A DNA stretch of 63,476 nt, the filler included, from Octopus bimaculoides (lineage: Eukaryota): NCBI RefSeq assembly GCF_001194135.2. It is 8 parts of 6 records of this genome, joined end to end, with 100 filler letters (N's around TTAATTAATTAA, not from the genome) between each part and the next. Parts side by side here need not be neighbours in the genome. Positions count along the whole stretch, not along the records: positions 55,724 to 63,476 come from NC_068981.1; 7 more parts are not named here. The stretch is one strand, 5' to 3'. The first letter of the stretch is position 1, and every line of letters begins with the position of its first letter. The position numbers and the translations under genes are program-made. The notes beneath the pieces are model-generated. The model did no database searches. It saw only the letters and a list, made by a program, of their open reading frames with translations, and was not told the DNA's origin. Positions 56,241 through 63,476 of this stretch are shown one piece after another.

Positions 56241-56419
56241 TCTGCCAGATCGTCGCTTTGTATATTTATACACAACACACATAAACACACACATGTATGT
56301 ATGTATATATTTATATATGTGTGTGTGATTGTGTGTATGTATGTGTGTGTGTATGTATGTGTGTATGTATGCTTTTATGTATGTATAGATAGACAGATAG
56401 ATAGAACTAAATAAATATA

Positions 56420-56639
56420 CAGGGTGGCCAAAAAGTAGGTTTACAGTTATCACGTAGGCATTGTAAATTTCTTAAATTTCTTTTAAAAGATTTTATTACA
56501 TTTAAATATGTATCTTACAATTAACTAAATTAGCATAGAATAATGGTTTCATATATTTTGTAATTAAGATCACAACTATTAATATATAAATGCCAAAGAG
56601 ATTGTTGAATAACTGTAAATCTACTTTGGGGCCACTCTG
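56420..56639. mobile_element. Tc1/mariner-type MITE, 220 bp
   Basis: 31-bp TIRs CAGGGTGGCCAAAAAGTAGGTTTACAGTTAT / CAGAGTGGCCCCAAAGTAGATTTACAGTTAT, with TA on both flanks. Confidence 0.8.
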
Positions 56640-57428
56640 TATGTGCGTACGTACTTTTAAAACCATATATATCTAGCATATATGTGGCGATTGTTTTGTT
56701 GAGAAAACTTTTGTCAGAATGTGTACGAGTTTTTATGTTGGCATTAACATCACATAAGATCTAGTTAAGATTTTAAACTGTTATAAAACTAATGCGAACC
56801 TAATATTCTTTATGTAAATATTGGTGTTTATACAAAGAAAAATACTTTGCTTTGCGATAGCAAAATTATTTTTGTCATCATAAAACCGAAAAAGAATTCA
56901 AATAGATTAGTTGACACTGCTAACTTTATCATTTAGTCCTACAATTATATATCCAACATACTAACTTTGTTCAAGCGCTTATCAGTAAGTTTCTTGCCAA
57001 TCATTTTATTATATTCAAATTCGTAGTTTTCATGTTGTTTTCAATACTATTATTAGTATTCATAGTTTTATTTAAGTCTTTGCAATCAATAACACCACCA
57101 ACCTACTAATAATCATATTATTAATAAGGTTGATGATAATAATGATAATGAAAATAAAAAAAATGCAATAATATATGAAGTCTGATGATAATGTTAATAA
57201 TAATAATAAAAATATTAACTGTTGCATTAGTATTATAGCCATCATTTTTCATGTACAATAATGTTTAATTGGTTTGATGACTACAGCAATACCATCCGAG
57301 ATCAGAAGATCAGCAGTGGAATCAAATGGTCTTTTATTGCCAGTTTAGCTTTACATCTCTCTTCATCACAAACGCTATCAGAGATTCCATTATCATTATC
57401 ATCATCATCATCATCATCATTATTATTA

Positions 57429-57505
<77 letters not shown>

Positions 57506-57518
57506 CATCATCATCATC

Positions 57519-57735
57519 AAGGCGGCGAACTGGCAGAATAGTTAGCACGCCAGGCGAAATGCTAAGTGGTATCTCTCCCGTTGCTAGGTTCTGAATTCAA
57601 GTTCTACCGAGGTCGAATTTGCCTTTCGTCTTTTCGCATCGATAAATTAATTACCAGTTGAGTACTAGGGTCAATTTAATCGGTTAGTCCCCTCTCCCCA
57701 TATTTCAGGCCTTGTGCCTATAATAGAAAGGATTA
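57519..57735 (+). mobile_element. SINE family 2
   Basis: AAGGCGGCGAACTGGCAGAA..GAATTCAAGTTCTACCGAGGTCG..GGCCTTGTGCCTA; aligns with 19338-19770. Confidence 0.7.
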
Positions 57736-58344
57736 TTATAATCATGATTATTATTACGTGAGAGAGCAGTGCATGCCATCAAAGTGGCACTAGGGTACAA
57801 ATATACGAAGTCCAGTATACCCATCATGACTACCCATCTGATAAGGGTACACCAGGCACATGCATCAAAACCAAATGTGCGAGACATGGTCATCACATAT
57901 CAAGATAAACAGCGCATGACCTTGCAGGTGGGGCCCAGTTAGAATTTTCTTCAGGTCGAGTGGCCCAACCCGCTCAAAAGGTCCCTGAATAAGGTTTGTT
58001 TATGGATGTTGAGCAAAACACCTATGTTTCCAAAGATGAATTATTCAAATCCCAAAGAATTCCTCTCAACACTTGGCTATGATGATCCGCCACTACTTAT
58101 GCTCATGATCAGAGATGCACATATCGTCAGTCACCAAGGGAAATGCTCAGCTGGTTAAGGTCAAACAACTGACAAGCAAATCTGTGGTACTGAGCAGAAT
58201 ATTTGCTGTAGCCCATCTTTTTATACCACGACAAAACAATGTACATGATAACACTTCCAACCAATTAAGATCAGAAGCCATGAGAGCCACTGCCTGGTAC
58301 TGCATCCGGGCATCTTATTACTATCATCATCATCATCATCATCA

Positions 58345-58734
58345 TTATTATTATTTTTTTTTTTCTTCAGATTTTCTTCCATTTCTCACCGAGTGCTTTC
58401 TGTACACCTAGGGCAGAGAAGCTCATGGTATGCATTCCCAGTTTACACACGCAAATTCACAGGTAAAATATGTATTTTAAAAATGCGAATAAAATATAAA
58501 TTCCTGAATGGATGTTGTTTTCACAGCGATAATGCTCTTCTCAGTGCATGAGTCATTCCAGTTAACACAATTTTTTGCACTTCCTGTAGGGATGGTATGC
58601 CTGGTATCATTTTCAAATAGGTTTCAGTACCTTTTTTCATCAATCCTAGAGATCCTACAATCACTGGTATGGTAGTCGCCTTGAGATGCGGCATTTTTTC
58701 AATTTCTATTAGCAAGTCTTTCTATTTACTGACC

Positions 58735-58735
<1 letters not shown>
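58345..58735 (-). mobile_element. R4/Dong-type LINE 3' end
   Basis: KDLLIEIEKMPHLKATTIPVIVGSLG..QEVQKIVLTGMTHALRRALSL*; (TTA)n on both sides. Confidence 0.8.
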
Positions 58736-58800
<65 letters not shown>

Positions 58801-58801
58801 T

Positions 58802-58913
<112 letters not shown>

Positions 58914-59356
58914 AGAAGCACTATTTCGTATTAGAAATCCATTTAATAAATGGGTTGTACGATAAAATAGTTATTTGTTTGTCACTCACATTAGAATTTT
59001 CAGAAATGCTGTCGCTTTAGAATCTAACCATTTAGGTGGGATTAAAATGGCTTATCGTGGAATTCTGAAAATCAGCAGATAATGCGTGTCATTCAAACAA
59101 TTAGTGAGAGCAATATTCAGGAAGTTCAATTTAACAAAAAACAAAGTAAATCTCAAACCGTGAAACAAAATGCTAAAGCAAGAGCAATTTTAATACGATA
59201 GGGGGATGTCACGGACAAGGACAAATATGATGCCATTCCAAAGACTGAGTATCGTTTCCGTGATACCATTCATCCCTTGACTGGAGATCGTTAAAACGAT
59301 GTGTCTTATGTGGTTTCAAACTTACATACATGCATACGTATATATATATATATATG

Positions 59357-59426
59357 GCCAGATAACTGAGGAGATGGCGGCGTGGGTTTCCGCCCCGGTA
59401 TCCGAAACTCAGAGTTTTATCATGGC
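59357..59426 (+). ncRNA. Type-I hammerhead motif, family C
   Basis: GCCA-GAUAA-CUGAGGA-[stem II with GGCGG/CCGCC]-GAAA-CUCAGA-GUU-UUAUC-A-UGGC: intact core and extended stem I. Confidence 0.55.
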
Positions 59427-59554
59427 TACTGAATAAGTGTCACATATTTTTACACACACCCACACACACACACAAACACACACACATATATATATGTATG
59501 TGTGTATATATATATATGTATGTGTGTGTGTATATGTATATATGTACATATATG

Positions 59555-59590
<36 letters not shown>

Positions 59591-60337
59591 NNNNNNNNNN
59601 NNNNNNNNNNNNNNNNNNNNNNNNNNNNNNNNNNNNNNNNNNNNNNNNNNNNNNNNNNNNNNNNNNNNNNNNNNNNNNNNNNNNNNNNNNNNNNNNNNNN
59701 NNNNNNNNNNNNNNNNNNNNNNNNNNNNNNNNNNNNNNNNNNNNNNNNNNNNNNNNNNNNNNNNNNNNNNNNNNNNNNNNNNNNNNNNNNNNNNNNNNNN
59801 NNNNNNNNNNNNNNNNNNNNNNNNNNNNNNNNNNNNNNNNNNNNNNNNNNNNNNNNNNNNNNNNNNNNNNNNNNNNNNNNNNNNNNNNNNNNNNNNNNNN
59901 NNNNNNNNNNNNNNNNNNNNNNNNNNNNNNNNNNNNNNNNNNNNNNNNNNNNNNNNNNNNNNNNNNNNNNNNNNNNNNNNNNNNNNNNNNNNNNNNNNNN
60001 NNNNNNNNNNNNNNNNNNNNNNNNNNNNNNNNNNNNNNNNNNNNNNNNNNNNNNNNNNNNNNNNNNNNNNNNNNNNNNNNNNNNNNNNNNNNNNNNNNNN
60101 NNNNNNNNNNNNNNNNNNNNNNNNNNNNNNNNNNNNNNNNNNNNNNNNNNNNNNNNNNNNNNNNNNNNNNNNNNNNNNNNNNNNNNNNNNNNNNNNNNNN
60201 NNNNNNNNNNNNNNACACACACAAACACACACACATATATATATGTATGTGTGTATATATATATATATGTATAGATAGATATATAGATAGATAGATAGAG
60301 AGATACATAGATAGTTAAGGATATGTGCGGCCGGTTT

Positions 60338-60405
60338 ATGGGCTTATCCTGGGTTTCACGTCCATAAAGTGCTTAGCTTTACGTTTCTTCTGACCTTAAA
60401 CCCAT
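60338..60405 (-). ncRNA. Degenerate hammerhead-like motif (family E)
   Basis: AUGGGUU..CAGAAGA-A-ACGU(AAAG/CUUU hairpin)ACGU-GAAA-CCCAGG-AUA-AGCCCAU; U4 to A and a 6-nt insertion. Confidence 0.35.
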
Positions 60406-61418
60406 TTGTCTATGACCTCTATAGCATGTGGCATCTTTAGGAAATGGAGGAGGAAAAGCCTTACTATATTTCAAGAACAATTGACACCCTCCCTTTGACT
60501 GCTAACTGTAATTGACCGTGTTGGCTGATGGATCGCAAGACGCAAGCAGAGTCCGAAGACTTTTGTCCTAGAGATTAGAATGTTACCCGTGTCGAGGGAG
60601 TCCTTTAACTTTAAAGGACTCCCTGCGTGTGTGTGTGCGGCAGGAGGGTGGAATAGTGTATAGGAATTTATAAATCAGCGTTCATCAGCTAATATGTTAT
60701 AGCAGCAGCAAAATTGCTTTACAAGAAGAGTTTTGTCATTTTGCATTCCGGTTTCAAGGTGTACGATGGTTGAATTTCTCATTCATTGTTCCAGTGTCGA
60801 TAAACAAAGTACCACTCCATTTGTTTCTTCTCATTCTCTTACCTTTTTGTCCTCGTTCCCTAATTCGTGAAGAAATTCACTGTCGTAAACGGCGGGGAGG
60901 AAGCGGCTCCATCAAGCCTACAATTTCTGGAGTTATGCAATGGCAGCGCAATTTTTGAGTAATTCCGGAGAGAGGGAGAAGAGAAAATGGATGCAGAGTG
61001 TAGCAAAAACTTGCCGCAACGAAAACAGTGAAAGAAAGAATACAAGATTTAAATTATTAAATTATATACACACATGCATATATACATACATATATATGTA
61101 TATATNNNNNNNNNNNNNNNNNNNNNNNNNNNNNNNNNNNNNNNNNNNNNNNNNNNNNNNNNNNNNNNNNNNNNNNNNNNNNNNNNNNNNNNNNNNNNNN
61201 NNNNNNNNNNNNNNNNNNNNNNNNNNNNNNNNNNNNNNNNNNNNNNNNNNNNNNNNNNNNNNNNNNNNNNNNNNNNNNNNNNNNNNNNNNNNNNNNNNNN
61301 NNNNNNNNNNNNNNNNNNNNNNNNNNNNNNNNNNNNNNNNNNNNNNNNNNNNNNNNNNNNNNNNNNNNNNNNNNNNNNNNNNNNNNNNNNNNNNNNNNNN
61401 NNNNNNNNNNNNNNNNNN

Positions 61419-61471
<53 letters not shown>

Positions 61472-63422
61472 TATATGTATATACATACATACGCGCACAC
61501 ACGCACATGCACACACTCACGCACACGGAGATATAAATGTATATGGAAATCAATTGAAAGTCTTTTGAGGTATAGTCTAGTCTTGTATGTGCGAATACGC
61601 AATAAAATATCCGTTACATATATGCATTGTTTCTGACCTTTTGAAATTGCTATGAGCACGTATTTTTATATACTTCGTTCCTACTTCATTAAATGATACA
61701 GTATGTGAAAGTAAATACCAGAGGTTGGGAGGTGACGAGATGATGAAAATTTGGATCTGTCAAATATTTCTCTGCCACTCCATCTAACATTTTCACTTTC
61801 CTTTATCTTTCTTTTTTTACCATCTTTTTCTTTTAGATCTATCCCACTCATTCTTTCTCTATTCTTTCTAGATATTCAGATGTTTCGCCGAAAGAAATAT
61901 AATTTCCATTAGGAAAGCAAAAGAAATTTTCTGATGATTGGAGTGCAACCTTATAAATGAAAATGTTCCAATATGTCAGAGTCAGAATCTTGTGAGGTAG
62001 AAAGATTGTCCAAACACGTTGATGAGAAGAAGAACTATAAATGATTTACAGTCATATACATGAAAAGTACATGTTGACAACATCAATAAGCATATTTTAT
62101 TAACATTTGTTTGTAAAATTTAATATAGATGGTCGAAGGCTATGTAGCAAACGGAAATCCACGATTAGGTTTTGGCTCCTAGCAGAATATTATATCTGCT
62201 TCAACACTAAAGTATGAAGAAATACACCAACACCGCAGTATATCACCGCCTCTACTCTTAAATATAGGATCTGCTTCTCCATCAAAAGAAACCAATATTT
62301 CACAACATAGAACGTTTATTCGTTTTCTCGGTAACGATATACATGATACAGAGTGTGTATGAAGTTTAATTATTTTGGAAATATATTCTCTTACTATAAA
62401 GTTTGAAGATGGCATTAATGTCTGACAGGTAAGAATTAAATAAGACTGTATGGCATTCATGCTTTTCTAAGGGAAAATTGTTAGCTAAGTGAAATGAAAG
62501 TCAATGGAAAACAGCGTTCCGATTCTGAGTGAGCTTAAATCTGTCGCTACGATGTCACACAGTATTCTTCAAAAGTATGTACCTAAGAAGGAAGAGAAAT
62601 GTTTACTTTTCAATCCCCAGTGAAAACTATTGCTAAAAAAGATTACAATCAGTCTCCTAACAACTTCTAAAACTTATTTATTTACTCCTCACTGAGACGA
62701 TTTTTTTCTAATAGCCGCTGGGTCAGTTCGAATGCAAAACATTACACATTCGGTAGAATAAAAATACATGAGTAATGTTGTTTTGTAAACTCTTAATTCT
62801 ATTTGTAAGTATTTTAAATTACTTTAATATCCAAAACATAAGAATGCATCTTTTACGTTAAGAAATAAACAACTCTCTTTATAAAGAGAGCAATTCTCAT
62901 TTTGTTGCGCAGATACAGGTTGAAGATTACGTAGAAAAAATTATTACAAAAGTAATTTTTTCTAAAAATAAAGAATGGCGTCTCATAGGGACAATGAAAG
63001 ACCACTCATGTGATACATAATTTAGAGTTCTATCAATAATGAATTTCAAGATGGCAGCATTCATGAATTTCTTTGAACTAACATAATTATTACCAACGTG
63101 GAGACAAATAGTCTGTATTGGAAGTTGTTCAGATATTTGAATTCTGATATAGTAAATATGACAAACAGCTACAGGTAAATTGATATACTGTAATGAACAC
63201 GATTTCTTCCACGGTATTATATAACGAAACAACTGAAAAAATGCTATGCCTTCACTTTGTTACTTAATTTTTGTTTTTGCACAGGTTTCTAACACAAACT
63301 CGGTATTAATCTGTTACTAAAACAATGTATTCTTCTTGGTGTAAAGGTGTAGTGTGTTGGGGGAAGGAAATTTTGCGACCTTTTCTCAGGGATCGGATAT
63401 TGAGGATCTCTCGTTGCTCGTA

Positions 63423-63469
<47 letters not shown>

Positions 63470-63476
63470 ATATATA

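Noticed and set aside
57755-58315. ~560-bp segment I recall as a common octopus interspersed repeat
   Set aside because: Only one copy in the window and no diagnostic motif, so it cannot be supported from this sequence alone

Overview
Eukaryotic, AT-rich, microsatellite-saturated scaffold with about 4 kb of N gaps and seven artificial TTAATTAATTAA linkers. The SINE families look like those I recall from Octopus genomes; this is recognition only, not a search. There is no complete gene. The window is a mosaic of decayed retroelements and DNA transposons: two lineages of Penelope-like elements (PLE), several R4/Dong-type LINE pieces sitting in (TAA)n tracts, CR1-type LINEs, an L1/Tx1-like ORF1, mariner fragments, a MITE and at least three SINE families. 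Four in-phase candidate exons of an unidentified + strand gene lie at 35.8-39.7 kb, and one of them is tandemly duplicated. The most notable signal is about 11 type-I hammerhead-ribozyme (HHR)-like motifs from several unrelated sequence families. One family (5 copies) is the 3' module of a GIY-YIG PLE at 52.9-53.5 kb and is also the tail of a tRNA-headed SINE-like composite element. Another pair lies mirror-imaged inside a ~585 bp near-perfect palindrome. Almost all ORFs in the supplied track are microsatellite or gap read-throughs.
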